DNA of 64,000 nt from Calcarisporiella thermophila CBS 279.70 (Eukaryota > Fungi > Calcarisporiellomycota): the NCBI RefSeq assembly GCF_041956535.1, contig NW_027192194.1, positions 1,209,531 through 1,273,530 on the forward strand. Reading direction: 5' to 3'. The translations under genes and the position numbers were made by a program. Position 1 is the first letter of the stretch. The number at the start of each line of letters is the position of its first letter. The notes under the pieces were generated by a model that was not told the origin of the DNA, searched no databases, and saw nothing but the letters and a program-made list of their open reading frames with translations. Shown here in pieces: positions 1-12,255 of this stretch.

Positions 1-584
1 CGTTCTCGCGTGTGAGCTGCTCAATCTCTTCACGCTTGGCGCCATTCAAGCCAGTGACGCAGATGGTGAGTCCAGCGAAGGGAGGCAAGAGGTATTTCTC
101 CAGGATCTGGCAACATCATCGAGGCTTTAGCAGAGCCCAACACTATAGAGAGAGGGATAACATTTACCTTGGGTACATCAATTTCTTCGCCTGTGAGCCA
201 CCGATCATAGATAGAAAAGATCGCCTCAGGCTTCACCACTTTCACGCTAAATCGGATAGCAACCTGCAACCACAACACCAACAACACCATGGGTGGAGTT
301 AATTCACTTCATGTTTGATACTTATCATTCTCTTGAATGGGAGCCCAGACCTTGTATTTTTCCGAGCCAACGGCTCGTGCTACTACATGCGTTACATCCC
401 GCGTGAAATTAGGATCGCAGTTTCCCCCTAGCTCCTTTACTTTTCGAGAAACTTCGATCTGGGGAACATGGCGAGATAAGTGACCAAGAGCTGCAGCAGA
501 GACCGGAAGAGATGGAATTACCTTTTCATGGAAATCAAGTCCAGTGCAACACATCACTAGATTGGCAAACGGTCTGCTGGGCAT
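1..584 (-). CDS. Tandem BRCT-domain protein, Cut5/Rad4/Dpb11/TopBP1-like (5' part only; runs off the window start)
   Basis: Spliced translation MPSRPFANLVMCCTGLDFHEK|IEVSRKVKELGGNCDPNFTRDVTHVVARAVGSEKYK|VAIRFSVKVVKPEAIFSIYDRWLTGEEIDVPK|ILEKYLLPPFAGLTICVTGLNGAKREEIEQLTREN. Two consecutive BRCT repeats (PF.gl.ic.TG ... GG ... THvVA ... S.KY). Confidence 0.85.
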
Positions 585-653
585 ACTGTCTTTGGCATTT
601 CTGTCAAAGTCCCTGACAATACTCAATTGGCTCTACAAGACTGGAAATAAAAA

Positions 654-690
654 TTTCGCGATTCAAATAATAAAAAAAAACAATACGCGT
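654..690. promoter_or_regulatory. SCB/E2F-like TTTCGCG (654-660) and MCB ACGCGT (685-690) upstream of the BRCT gene
   Basis: Motifs read directly, 70-105 nt upstream of the ATG of a DNA-replication/checkpoint gene. Function is inferred. Confidence 0.35.
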
Positions 691-1009
691 TGCATTTTAA
701 GGTGACTGCGCCTTTGGGTCATTGGGTGGCAAACTTCAGTACTCTCCAAGGAGTAGTAAACTATGCGAATTTATGAAAATGGGAAAGAAGAAGAAGAAGA
801 AGAGGAAAAAGAGTAAGCGAATGAATACAAAATGGATAGAAAAACCATGGATAGGGTAAAAAAAAAATGAAGTCAGGAAAAACCTAGGACAAAGTTAGAA
901 AAGTGGACAAAATAAGAGCCAAGAAAGGGTAAACGAGCACACGACCACTGTATAAAATAGTAAGGCAGTTTAGAAAAGAGGCATCTAAGTTTTCTCAACC
1001 ATGGTAGTA

Positions 1010-2074
1010 TTAAGCGATAATTTCCTCGCTCCTCACTCGCCAAAGCACATGACGTCTCTCGCCAGCATCTAATCCACATTCGCTCAGTGCTCGCCGTATC
1101 TTTCTCCTACGTGCATTCAGAAGCGCATCCACACGATCCGAATGAGGGCGGCCCGAAGTGCCGGATTGAGGAGCGGCCACGGAGGCAAGGATGTCTGCCA
1201 CGAGCATGTCTTGTTTGATGAGAAATTCGCCGACGCTGGCAATCGTCTCGCAGACGGTCTGCAGTAGCAGAATCGGGAAGCTAAGGAAAACCCTATTTTA
1301 GCGCGATCAGCGGTTGAAAGACTCAGTCATGCATCCTTACTTTCTGGGATCCTTCAGCAGCATTCTCAGTCGTCCCGATGCCCACAGGGAAGACCATTTA
1401 TTCATTTTATGCTGCTGAAGCTGTTGCTCACGATGGTGTTCGAGCTCCTGAAGCAGCGATATCCGAATGGCTTCTTCGACACGAGGCGAAAGATTGGAAC
1501 TGCTGGCTGAGCGACTAATTTGGTGAGAAAGGGCTTGTTCGACGGATGCCAATGATGGCCCATCCACCTATTTTCACAATGATCACGAATTAGAATCGAT
1601 CGCGAATGCTAATGATCGAGTTCATCCCATCATTACCGGATGCTTGGAGCCGAAATTGCGCATCTCCAAGATTTCCTTACATAAATCCTGCCAGAATGCC
1701 GAGAGGGTAAGGGACAAATGGTCTACCCCGGGGCCGTTATTTCTGTTCAGCGCGTCTAACGATAATTCGTCCATCTCCCTCTCTGTCGCCCCCACGCTCT
1801 CGACTCCGTTCAATTCATGATAATTTTCCTCAGTGACCAAATCATTGGGGTGATCTGCTTCACTTGTCGAAGGTGACAAGATGGAGGGTGAAGAGAGTGC
1901 ATCTGGCGAGAGGAGATTCCAGTCTTCCTCGCTGAGGCTCGCCCATTGGCCGCCAGCATGCACCAGGTTTGCAGAGGGAGAAGTCCGAACCCAACCATCA
2001 CTGAGGGAATCGTCTTCGTCACTGGTGGAGAAGGGGACACGCCTGTGGGGCGTTTGCTTATAGGAGGTCGCCAT
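1010..2074 (-). CDS. Hypothetical protein with acidic, Ser-rich disordered N-terminus (about 3 exons)
   Basis: ORF pieces 1622-2086, 1337-1567 and 1010-1207 join through GT-AG introns (e.g. ...LLKDPRK|gtaagg...ctgcag|TVCETIASVGEFLIKQDMLVADIL). No family recognised. Confidence 0.6.
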
Positions 2075-2713
2075 CCGGGAGAACAAGGAAATGAGAGAAC
2101 AACGGATGAGAAGGAAGAAGGAGCAGCCCTTACCCCTAGTATATCGGCTAATATGGTAACTCCCAAGTAGAATGGAATCTATAGGTTTTAGGCGAACGAT
2201 GACTGGCCAAAGATGGTATTATGGTCATATGACTTCACGTCACTTGGCGACTTTATTGTGATGTGTGGGGTTTTACAGTCTTCCTCAAGTGATAGATTCA
2301 AAGAAATGATGCTTTTCAAATTGGATAACTGAAAAATAAAGAACAGAGGACAAAGAAAAATAAGCAAAGATCGAGAAAAAAAAATAAATGGAGTGTTAAG
2401 ATAGAGAAAGTGAACAGAAGAAACAAGCTAAGAAAAAAGAAAGATAAAAATCAAACAGAACACTGCAACCCAGAATACGGAGGATATCTTCTCTTTATAA
2501 ATAATACAGGCCAGAAGAGAGCGAAAGAAAAAAGGGGGAAAAGAGTAGAGTAGAAAGGAAATATATATAGAGATAAAAAAAAAAGAATAAGCTAGTCTCA
2601 TATAAATAAAACAGTTAAAAAAATAAAGAAAGCATAAAAACAATTCAAATGCAGGAAAAATAAGCAAACGGAAACCCGGAATAGTAAGTTCGAAAAAAAA
2701 GGGTAAAGCCATA

Positions 2714-3342
2714 TTATAGCACTATACACATTCCACATTTTGAGGATGGCCGCTTCTTAGTAAGGTCTATAATCCAGTAAAACGTCAGTAGGTTAAGAAC
2801 CAGCAAGCGGAAAAGAGAACTTACCATCGTCGTCATCCTGAAGATTACCCCTTATTAATAAGTGAACGATAGTCTGACCCGATTTGATCCCATTGGCTTT
2901 TGTAAATAATAAAAATTATCCAATATGAGTTTCTCGAGAATCATGAGAGACAAGTAATGAGGATGGATTACATTCCAGTGTCGTGGAGTCATCTAAGAAG
3001 CGCCCCAAGTGTAAAAGTCTTAGATTACTTGCAGAGGGCGGTTTCTCACTAATCCACTCTGGGATTACGGGGGACAATTAGTCATTACAGATCTTCTCTG
3101 CAAGTAGTCGCCTCTATCAGCCTACCTTTTGGCCACTGCTCCAAAATCCCCTCCTTTACCTCCTTTACTGTCTGTTGTGTCGTGAAATCAAACGCTGAGC
3201 GCTTCCCCGACACAAGCAGCAGTGTGAGAGTAACAAGTGAAGGAGACGTCACTTGCTCCGACAGGTTCGATTGCTCCCGAAGCTGCTCTTCCTGGTTGAT
3301 CGAGGGTGTTTTTGGATGGTCTTCGGGGCATGATTCTGACAT
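2714..3342 (-). CDS. Membrane-anchored ubiquitin-fold protein (UBL3/MUB family) with C-terminal CaaX
   Basis: 4 exons: ...VTLTLLLVSGKRSAFDFTTQQTVKEVKEGILEQWPK|EWISEKPPSASNLRLLHLGRFLDDSTTLE|SNGIKSGQTIVHLLIRGNLQDDDD|DLTKKRPSSKCGMCIVL*. Ubiquitin-like fold motifs plus C-x-x-CIVL lipidation tail. Confidence 0.88.
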
Positions 3343-4072
3343 CTTTTTATTTTTTACTGCCACGCCGTGAAAAGACCAAAATGATTTATCCACAATGGAA
3401 ATGAGAGAAAAAAAAAACAGAATAGAACAAAAGAGGCGTTTTAGATATTAAGATTTAAAGATGACTAAAAAAGAAAGTCGAAATGCACCTCTATTTTGCC
3501 AGAAATCAATGGGCAGGCTTTGAAGGCTAATTACCCACCCGACAACATTCCCATTGGCTAGAGGGATCATTGATTGCCTTCTTCCTGCCTCGCTCATAGA
3601 ATGGAGACGACAGATCCTAGTAAATTATAATAATACATTTCGCTAATTGATAAGATGGATTCTTTTTCAGTGTGCTATTATTAATGAACTCTGAATTCTG
3701 TAACGGTCGTGGTGAGTCACACAACTCCTGATTCTCGGAACTCCTCATAACCAGGACATAGTCCCACCAGCACATGCATCAGTCGAGCCTTTCTGATAAT
3801 GGCTCTGTTCACAAACCCTTGAGCCCTTTTAATTATGCATGGGCTTGGGAATGTGCCCTCTAGAAACAATGGCTACATCAAGAATAGAGGTAACTTGGTG
3901 CTATGCCCCGCAACTCAAAGGAGTTTGGAAATAAACCATGAGGCATGTAAAGAGTAAAGAAGGGAGTAAAAAGGGATGCTGCAGCCTTGGGTCAGTGGGG
4001 GTCCCAATATTTGCATAGAAAGGGATATAATGCTGGTATATCAGCATTCTTTCTGTGCTTGAGATCCAATCT

Positions 4073-6149
4073 TCAAGGTTGCCTTTTCATCGCGGTCCCC
4101 CTCCTTAACAATTTGGGGTAAATCTTTCTCCACAACCGTATACACCCTGCCTCCCTGAGCCATCCTAGCTCTTCCCATTCTCTTGCGTGGTCTTTCTCAA
4201 AATAATCGAGATCTTTGCCACAAGTCTCTGGAATAAGGGGAGTCAAGGCCGCCCCCAACAGCATTACCACCGCAAAAATGCCCAGCGTCTGTGGCAAGAA
4301 CGCGTGCTGGCCGGGTGCGCCCCCATGCTCCACCAACGAATTGAAACCAAAGGTCGAGACAATGGCCCCCAATTTTCCAAACGCGGCGGAGATCCCATGC
4401 GACGTGGCGCGCAGGCGGGTGGGAAACACCTCGCCGGGAAGAACAAAGGTGGTGGTATTGGGGCCGAAGTTGAAGAAGAACTGGAGGAACGCGAAGAGAA
4501 CCACGAAGAGCGCGGGTGTATTGTTGTGGATTTGGCGAAAGAAGATCGAAAGAACCAAAAAGATGACCGCGAGCATGATGAACCCGATGTATTGGATGGG
4601 CTTGCGGCCTCTACATTGGGACAGAAAGAGGTGCGTCTAGGGTTAGTTCACGCTCTCTGAAGGAGGACAGCTGGCAGGACACTCCAGCCAACTTACATTC
4701 GCTCGATGAGGAACACCGAGGTTATATAGCCAGGGATCGCGCCCAAGACCGAAATGATCAAGTTGCCCACGGCTTGTCGAAACAAATCGTTCCATGGGTC
4801 ATCCCCCCCCGCAAATCCGGTCGCGTTCAGAACGAAAGCCTGGTTGAGGGATAGCCCATAGAACGCCACGTCGAGCAAGAACCACGTCCCTGCTGTGCCT
4901 ATGAGCACTCTCAAATTGGCCCAGCGACCAAAGTGGTCGAGGACGCATCTGCGGTGGGATGCTCTTCTCTTCTTCCGGTCATCGCCACCTTCCTCTTCCG
5001 GTTCAGCTCGAAACTCTCCTCCTGCCTCTCGCGGGGTAAGTTGGCTCTGAGGCTTTTCTTGATCTTGCCGCTGCTCCCCCCTCTTCTCCTGCATCTTCTT
5101 CCATTGTTTCTTCGGCACTCTCACGCTCTGATAGGCCATCTCCCCAAGCTCCATGTCGTTGAGAACATCCACGGCATACCGCGGGGTTTCTGGCAAAACC
5201 AACCGCTGATACACCGTTAGCATCGACGGTACCGCACCCAACCCAATGCACATGCGCCAGACATAGTCAATGTTGAACTGGTCAGCTTCAATGGCGCCAC
5301 GGAAAGCAAGAAGAAGGAGCACGGTAACGAGCGAGGCGACAAAATTGCCGATTCCCTGCATCGAGAAGACCACCGCCATCATCTGACCCCGACGGCCGCG
5401 AATGGCCCACTCCGAAGTAATGGTGGCGGACCTATTGGCAGAGTAGAGGGGTTAGGCACTGGGCTGAAGACATGAGCTAAATAAACATTTCACTATTACA
5501 TTGGGTAGTCTCCCCCTATTCCAACTCCGAGGACAAACCGCCAAAAGAACAAAAAGGATATCGCAGAGAGCCCGCGCACTGTCGAGGCTGATGTGGCACA
5601 AAATAGGGTTGACACGACTATAATAATCAGCTCCACACCATAAACCATTTTTCTCCCATAAGCTGCCGCATTTATCAGACATTAGTATCGAACACGGAAT
5701 CTTGGGGCGCATGGGTGAAATTACCATCGCCAATGCATCCAAACATAATCTGCCCAATAAGCGATCCAAACGTCACCATACCCTTGAGTGGGCCTTCGAT
5801 GGAAGCTGGCATCTTTCCATTATTATTCGCAAAGTAAACATATCCCAACATGGGCACTGCGAGGTTCATAATGAAAATGTCATAACTAAGAATAATAAAT
5901 AGATTAGACACCAGCATGAGTCCCATGGTCTATTGCCATAAACAAGAGGAGTGTCAGGGAACTTTACGCGTCGGTGAAAAACCCAACCGAACTTATTAGG
6001 ACGGTGCGGATTTGCTTCCATGTTAGCGTCTCCGGCTGGTCGAGGGTCTCCAACGGTTGACGGCGCGGTTGGAGAGAGGAATGTATCTGTGCAAGTGGGG
6101 AAATAGTAGGCTCGGAGGAATGGCGTCGATAGGCGGGGTGCGATTGCAT
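4073..6149 (-). CDS. PHO84: Phosphate:H+ symporter (MFS, PHO84/PHS family)
   Basis: Motifs GFFTDA|YDIF, GRKMVYGVEL, WRFVLGVGIGGDYP, LPETPRY, WFLLDVAFYG, FFFNFGPNTTTFVLPGEVFPTRLRATSHGISAAFGKLGA across several exons. Confidence 0.93.
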
Positions 6150-6708
6150 GCTTTACAGAGGCGGTGAAAGACGGATAGAGAGGTTGCTCCCAGACAGAGG
6201 AGATATATTGCATTTACCAAAGAGAGTGGTATTACGATTTGTATTTATCTACTCGGGCCAATACACTTGGCGTGCAATATCCCTCTTTCCGCTTCGGGAG
6301 AAGAATCGCCCGAGGCATAGAGTATTTGCACTCAAAAGGGTCTAGGGCCCCCTCCAGGGTCCTACTGATGGGGAATCAGGCTGATCCCTCGTGTTCCCCC
6401 TAGGGCAACACAAACACGAGTAGAAATCAGGCCTGATGTGTGGGTTTGGGCGAGCTCTACCTTGTGCCGACATTTGCTTTTTTAATTCAACTCCACCCAA
6501 TTTACAAGCTGGAGATGGCAGGATTTTATTAGATTCGGTCGGAAGAAATACAATAGGGCTGCTTTGCTGAGCTCGCTTTTCCACACAGAATACACCTGAG
6601 TGCATTGGCAATAGTATAGAATTAAACATCCTGGAGCTCCGGCTCCTCTAAAGTTTAGCCTACTCACTTCACAAATACGTGTTAGCGCCGGCAAAAGCAT
6701 CTCTTGCT

Positions 6709-7360
6709 TCAGTGGCAAGCCATCGAGCGCGCCGCACTCTCACCCCCGAACAAATAGAATCCTATGCCCGTGCCAACCACCATGCTTATCATGAGATAAG
6801 CGTTGAACGTCATGAAAACGAGCATGAGCATGAAGGAATAACCAACGAGAAGCGCGTACCATATGCTCCTCCATAACTGCTGTCTTTTTGTGCTACAGAT
6901 ACCAAGCGGTGAGGATTTTGACCACCAAATAAGGCGCTTATCAGTTTACCTGTGTCTTCTACTGCTGCTAGACTCGCTGTCCACGTAGCCCTTCTTTGAC
7001 TGCACGAAGAATGGGTATTAAGAGAATCCCTCTCTATTTTTGCCAAGGAAAACTAGAGGATTACCTTGGTGACCTGCTGGTCATATCGAGATGAAAGCAT
7101 TTTCAACCATTCATATCCCACTGCCAATGCAGCTACAGCAAGGCATGACAACACCATGTCAAAGGCGCCGTTTATTCTCCACCAAGAGAAAACAACACAG
7201 ACCCCCTCAAGGTCATAGTTAAATATCATCTACAACCAAGAGAGCTAAGCGTAGGATCATAATAGACTCTGAATGCGTGTCAAGGAGCATTTACCTTCAT
7301 CGAGCACATCATGGAAGGATCCATGTCATGGCCCATGTGATGCATATGGCTGTGGTCCAT
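6709..7360 (-). CDS. Ctr-family copper transporter (Ctr2-like), absent from the ORF track
   Basis: Spliced: MDHSHMHHMGHDMDPSMMCSMK|MIFNYDLEGVCVVFSWWRINGAFDMVLSCLAVAALAVGYEWLK...QQLWRSIWYALLVGYSFMLMLVFMTFNAYLMISMVVGTGIGFYLFGGESAARSMACH*. Met/His-rich N-terminus, MxxxM (MLVFM), GxxxG and terminal CH. Confidence 0.92.
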
Positions 7361-7641
7361 TTCTCAAATCGCTTCGGAATATTTGCAGGATAGTGGGATA
7401 AGAAAAATTAAACTATATGCGTGACTATTCCCCAGTTTCTCAATTATTCGAAAATAAAAAAAATACGTGTTCATCCATTATTCGAGGCATTACCTCCATT
7501 CGCAAAAGAAATACTGGAAGATGAGAATGGGGATAGACATATTAAAAAAATAAACATGTTTTATTATTATTATGTTCTTTTACACATCCCACAAAAAACC
7601 CATACTATTCGAACAAGAAAATAGGAATGAAAATCTACTCT

Positions 7642-8069
7642 CTAGCCTTTTGTGAACTTTCCGTAGATATGAAGAGCAAATACTGAAGCAATGAACGCCA
7701 GAGACAACACAAGAACCACAACGGGATCCCTACACGTAATAGAGGCAGAATTACTATCCAGTACATAACCATTCATCCAGAAAGAGATGGACAATCATTA
7801 CACTCTAAGTCCAGGAGAATCATCGGTATAGATCCTCATCATTGTCGAAGTGCTACCTCCATGTGCGCCACCTGATGACGAAGAGCCAGAACCAGCTGAG
7901 GTGCGGGCGACGGCACGGCGGCGAACGGTACCCTTGGGAGTGTCAGACTATCGAAGCGGAAATAGAAGAGAGGATACAAATTGAGATGATGCAAAATGGA
8001 TGCAATCGCGCCGCCGGACGAAAGATTTCTGGGATTTGATGAAGAAGCCCAGAAAGGATCACTTACCAT
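7642..8069 (-). CDS. SBH1: Sec61 translocon beta subunit
   Basis: ATG-only first coding exon, then SDTPKGTVRRRAVARTSAGSGSSSSGGAHGGSTSTMMRIYTDDSPGLRV|DPVVVLVLSLAFIASVFALHIYGKFTKG*. YTDDSPGLxVDP signature. Confidence 0.95.
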
Positions 8070-8296
8070 CTTATATTATTCCGGAGTATAAAGAAAGGAT
8101 CGAGCCTCCACCAATTTGCAGACAGAAAAAAAAACTACTTTTTGGTAAAGCAGCGAGAGTCAAGGGGGAGAATAAAATAATAGTGAAAATTTACCGCTGG
8201 CGACAGATGATTGCTCCAAATACCAGTTAAGCCACCCAAAGACCCTACAAAAAATTAAATAACGAAACTCGACAGCCCAGTATAAACAGTTCGACC

Positions 8297-9105
8297 ATGG
8301 CCGATCATCATTACGATCCGAATACCGGCTACGACCCTAATGCCGCAGCATACTATGCTGATCCATCCTCCTACGATCCCAACTCGGCCGCCTACTATCA
8401 GCAATATTACGCCAACTACAACTACTATGATCCCTCCTACTACGCTCAAGGTGGCGAATCCTCGAGCGGCGCAACCTACGATATTAACGCACCTATTGTA
8501 GATCCTTTCACTGCCGCTCCAAAAACAACATCGAGCACAGGCACAGATAAGAAGGGGAAGAAGGATGGCGCCGAGAAGAAGAAAAAGAAAGTCATGCGCG
8601 TTGCAGGTGGGGAGATCTGGGAGGATCCCACCATGGAAGAATGGGACGAGAGTTAGGATCTTTGCTTGGGCTCGCATTCTCGCGTGCATTTTACTAACAC
8701 TTTTTTCGCTCCCTTCTTAGACGACTTTCGGCTGTTCTGCGGAGATCTAGGGAAGGAGGTCACCGACGAAATGCTTGCTCAAGCATTTTCCAAATATCCC
8801 TCCTTTTTGAAGGCCAAGGTGATCCGCGATAAAGCGGCCAACAAGAGTAAAGGATACGGCTTTGTCAGCTTTCGAGATGGGGATGATTTTGTGCGCGCGT
8901 TCAGAGAGATGAATGGTAAATATGTGGGAAACCGGCCCATTAAGCTGCGCAAGAGCACGTGGAAGGTGAGCATCTCAACATTTGGTGTGCACCAGGCCAA
9001 GGGGACCGGGATGATTCACACTTTGTTTTTGATACCTAGGAAAGAACTTTGACGACCAAGAAAAAGAAAGAGGTCCAACGACTTGCCCCATACGCAAAAC
9101 GGTGA
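8297..9105 (+). CDS. RBM42-like RRM RNA-binding protein
   Basis: RVAGGEIWEDPTMEEWD followed by RRM DFRLFCGDLGKEVTD...KSKGYGFVSF...EMNGKYVGNRPIKLRKSTWK; 2 introns; Tyr-rich low-complexity N-terminus. Confidence 0.9.
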
Positions 9106-9367
9106 CCTCCTCCCCTCGCTATTCTTGTAGACATCCATTTCCATCTCTATACACCCATCCTCTTCCCCTTCCCCTCCCCCTCTCTGTAATCATAGTCCCG
9201 CCTAATTCAACAACAGGTTAAAACCTATTATATTAATATCCATGAGATAACTTGTGAAGGTTATAGAACATCGGAGAAGGAGGGGAAAAAATGGTGCAAT
9301 TAGAAAAACATATAGGTATTCAAAAACATTTCCAAGGGGACATCCCATTAAGATTCCAAGAAAGATA

Positions 9368-10860
9368 TTATTCTCTATTCTCCAGGCTGTTTACGAGCCA
9401 TAATGCCAGCATCACCACCCCGCTCATTAGCGGGATGGCCAGCACTCCATAGCTCCAAAAAAGAATCCGCGTTATCTCCTCCTCGTACGTGTTCTCCACC
9501 TGGACCATCTGGATAAGGTTGATAGCGGTTGGACTACATCCCAGTAATATCATCGCCACCACAAAGGCTGGATCGTGGGCAAGCGGGGAAGCCCCTTCGC
9601 CCAAGAGGGAGAAGAGCGCCACCAGAGGGATGATGATGAGGGGCATAATGGTGCGGGCAGCGAGGACAAATTTCACGGTCAAGGCCACCTCTCTGGGATT
9701 TCGGGAGCTAGGCGAAGGATGGACTTGAGCAGCAGAAAAGTCGTTGATTTGCGCTCCAAGCGTGACGAGGATGAGGGGAACAGCAGCCGACCCGCAGGCT
9801 TCGATCGCCTTGGTGAAGCTCGCGTAGACGGGATAGCTGGGGTCGTAAAAGAATTTCTGTACCCCTGGGATGAGTGCAACTAATATGGCCAGTAATGCAG
9901 CATAGATAGGAGGATTCATAAAGGAGAGGAGCGAGTGGATGATCCTCGAAATGCAAGATTTAGTGGATTGTAAGAGAGAACGAGTGCGTGGATGCTGAGG
10001 ACGGCTATATACAAGAAGAGGGTCCGTCTCGCCCCTGAGTAGCGAAGGTTGTTTTCTAGCTACCTCGGTGGGAAGCTGCTCTAACGTTGTTGGAGAGATG
10101 AACGGGTATGGCTCGGCTTTTTCGGGAGGCGCGAGGAGTTTGTATCCATAGCTCCAGCGCAGAAGATTGCTGAATATACCATAGAAAATGACATAGGACA
10201 GGCCTCTGCTCAAAAATTCAATCGTGTTAGTCGACGTCGCGGGACCAAGGGGAGCAAGGGGGGAGGGGTTACCTTTCTACTCCCTGCCCACTTCTGGTTT
10301 CTCCTATTATGGCACTATTCTGCGCCAAGCTTTGCATCAGCGCGATGGGCAGCGAATTCGCATTAGTCAGTACAATGGCGGCGGTGGCAACACGCCGATG
10401 CTCTTCCGAGAGTTTAAAGATCCTCGCCCCAACCTGGGCAATGAGCCATGCTAAACAGAAAAATAGACCGTAAAACATTGGTATCGGCCAAAGAGCGGTA
10501 AACGATGTTGGGGTTAGGGTAGGCGCGATCTTGGCAAAGAGCAAGCATGGAGAAAACATATAAAAGTTGACGTTGGAGAGATTCTGTTCCAGGTAATGGG
10601 ATGGGTTAGAGGCCGCGAGGGTTAGCATGCGGGACGATGGAACAGAGGACGGATACCTTCTGGGCCGTTCTAGAAAGAAGGCCTTGCCTGGCTAAGAAGA
10701 AGCCAGAGCCTGTGATGACGGCCACCTCGCATAACGCCTGTTCCAAAGAATTCCAAGAGCCTCAGAAAACCATAGGGGGAAGGGGTGAAAGCATGCGCAA
10801 GAGCCCCTTACCTTGAAACTTGTGAGTGCATATTCAAAAAAGCTCATTAGTCGATGGCTC
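9368..10860 (-). CDS. Auxin efflux carrier / Mem_trans (PILS, ECM3-like) membrane transporter; start codon not resolved
   Basis: ALCEVAVITGSGFFLARQG, NLSNVNFYMFSPCLLFAKI, NANSLPIALMQSL, RGLSY...SNLLRWSYGYKLL, MNPPIYAALLA, AVPLILVTLGA, SPTAINL. Confidence 0.85.
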
Positions 10861-11856
10861 GCAGATAACTTATAGATGGGAAGCTATGGGAAGTGATTAC
10901 AAACGACCATGGAAGCATTCTCGAACCACTCTCCCCCACAGTTCCTTTTGATTCTCATTAATATTCGGTTCTAAACTAAATTTGGCCAATAACGGTGGGC
11001 GACTGCAAACACGCAATTTCGCCAATAAATTTCCTCTTCCATGCTTTTCTGTATCGAAGTCCAAGCGCATGGTCAGATGGGAGACCATTTCTACATGCTC
11101 CAAGGATTGCGACAAGCCGGTACTGTAGTAAGAGTCTCTGTACCGGGTTGGTTGTCGCTGCGGTGCTTTATTTCTGAATGCGAGCATATTCTAATAAGGA
11201 GTTTTCTCTTGGCCGAGGATCGCTCAGGAGGCGTAGCAAAGGGGTGCAATAGCGTGCTCTTTACATAATTGGTTTTTTTTTTTCCCAAAGAAGTGTCCAA
11301 GCATGGCGCTGCCGGCTTTTTATCTAAAACGTGCCCTTGGAATTATCCTTTTCTCGCGAATTGTCCGACAGCCGGAGCCTAACTTTGTCGACATAGCCTA
11401 TCAACTTGGCGCAACATTGACGCTAACCCTGGATGTCCTAGGGCGCCTTGCCCTGCAACCCTAAAATGCTTTGGTAAACATGCCTATTGGGGCCGGTTAA
11501 TGGCGGCCGAATTATGCGCAAAGGCCACTTTTATTCCACCATTGGAAGAGAGGGGAAGTCTGCCACATTCCCCACTCTTATAAAATTACAGGCACCAGAG
11601 CAAAAAAAGGAAAAACAAAAACAACATTAGGGAGGCGTCAAGAAAAGATGTTAATAAACAAGCCGGAGAAGCAATAGAAAATTCAACCCAGTCAAACCAT
11701 TAAAAGTGGAGAATACTATGAAAACAATCATATCTACATATTAATGCACGTAAAATAAAAAGGTAAGCCTCTCTTCGATGCCGCGCGCTAATACTAGAGG
11801 AGAGTGGGAGAGAGTAGAAGCATGGAGGAAGAGCAGCTCTGAACATCAAGACTTCA

Positions 11857-12255
11857 TTAAAGGTGGTGGCAGGTCCTCTTGTGAAAGGTCAGGGTGGTCT
11901 TTCGCGAATAAGCTTTGTCGCAGTCGCCAATGTCGCAGCGGTAGGGCTTCCTACCGGTGTGAATGCGGCGATGACGGGCCAGAGAACTGCTGTCGCTGAA
12001 ACGCTTCTCGCAATGTTCGCACTGGTGAGGCCGCTCACCCGTGTGCGTGCGCACGTGCACGGTGAGGGCGGAGCGTTGGATAAAGCTCTTACGACAGCCG
12101 CCGATGCAGCACTTGAATGGGCGCTCGTCATTGTGGATACGGCGGTGCCGCGCGAGGTCCGAGCGTCGAGAGAAAGCCTTGTGACAGCCGTGCCATTCGC
12201 AGCGGAAGGGCTTCGTGATCACGTCATCAATGTGGATGAGCTCGAGGATGTCCAT
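11857..12255 (-). CDS. Small C2H2 zinc-finger protein (4 tandem fingers)
   Basis: Four CxxC/CxxxxC...HxxxH fingers with HNDERPF, HTGERPH and HTGRKPY linkers; TATA-rich sequence upstream near 12523. Confidence 0.9.
   Translation of the reverse strand: MDILELIHIDDVITKPFRCEWHGCHKAFSRRSDLARHRRIHNDERPFKCCIGGCRKSFIQRSALTVHVRTHTGERPHQCEHCEKRFSDSSSLARHRRIHTGRKPYRCDIGDCDKAYSRKTTLTFHKRTCHHL

Noticed and set aside
2428-2712. Hydrophobic F/L/I-rich ORFs (also 17613-17837, 33666-34061, 43158-43505, 63540-63764)
   Set aside because: Translations of T-rich UTR or intergenic sequence, not membrane proteins.
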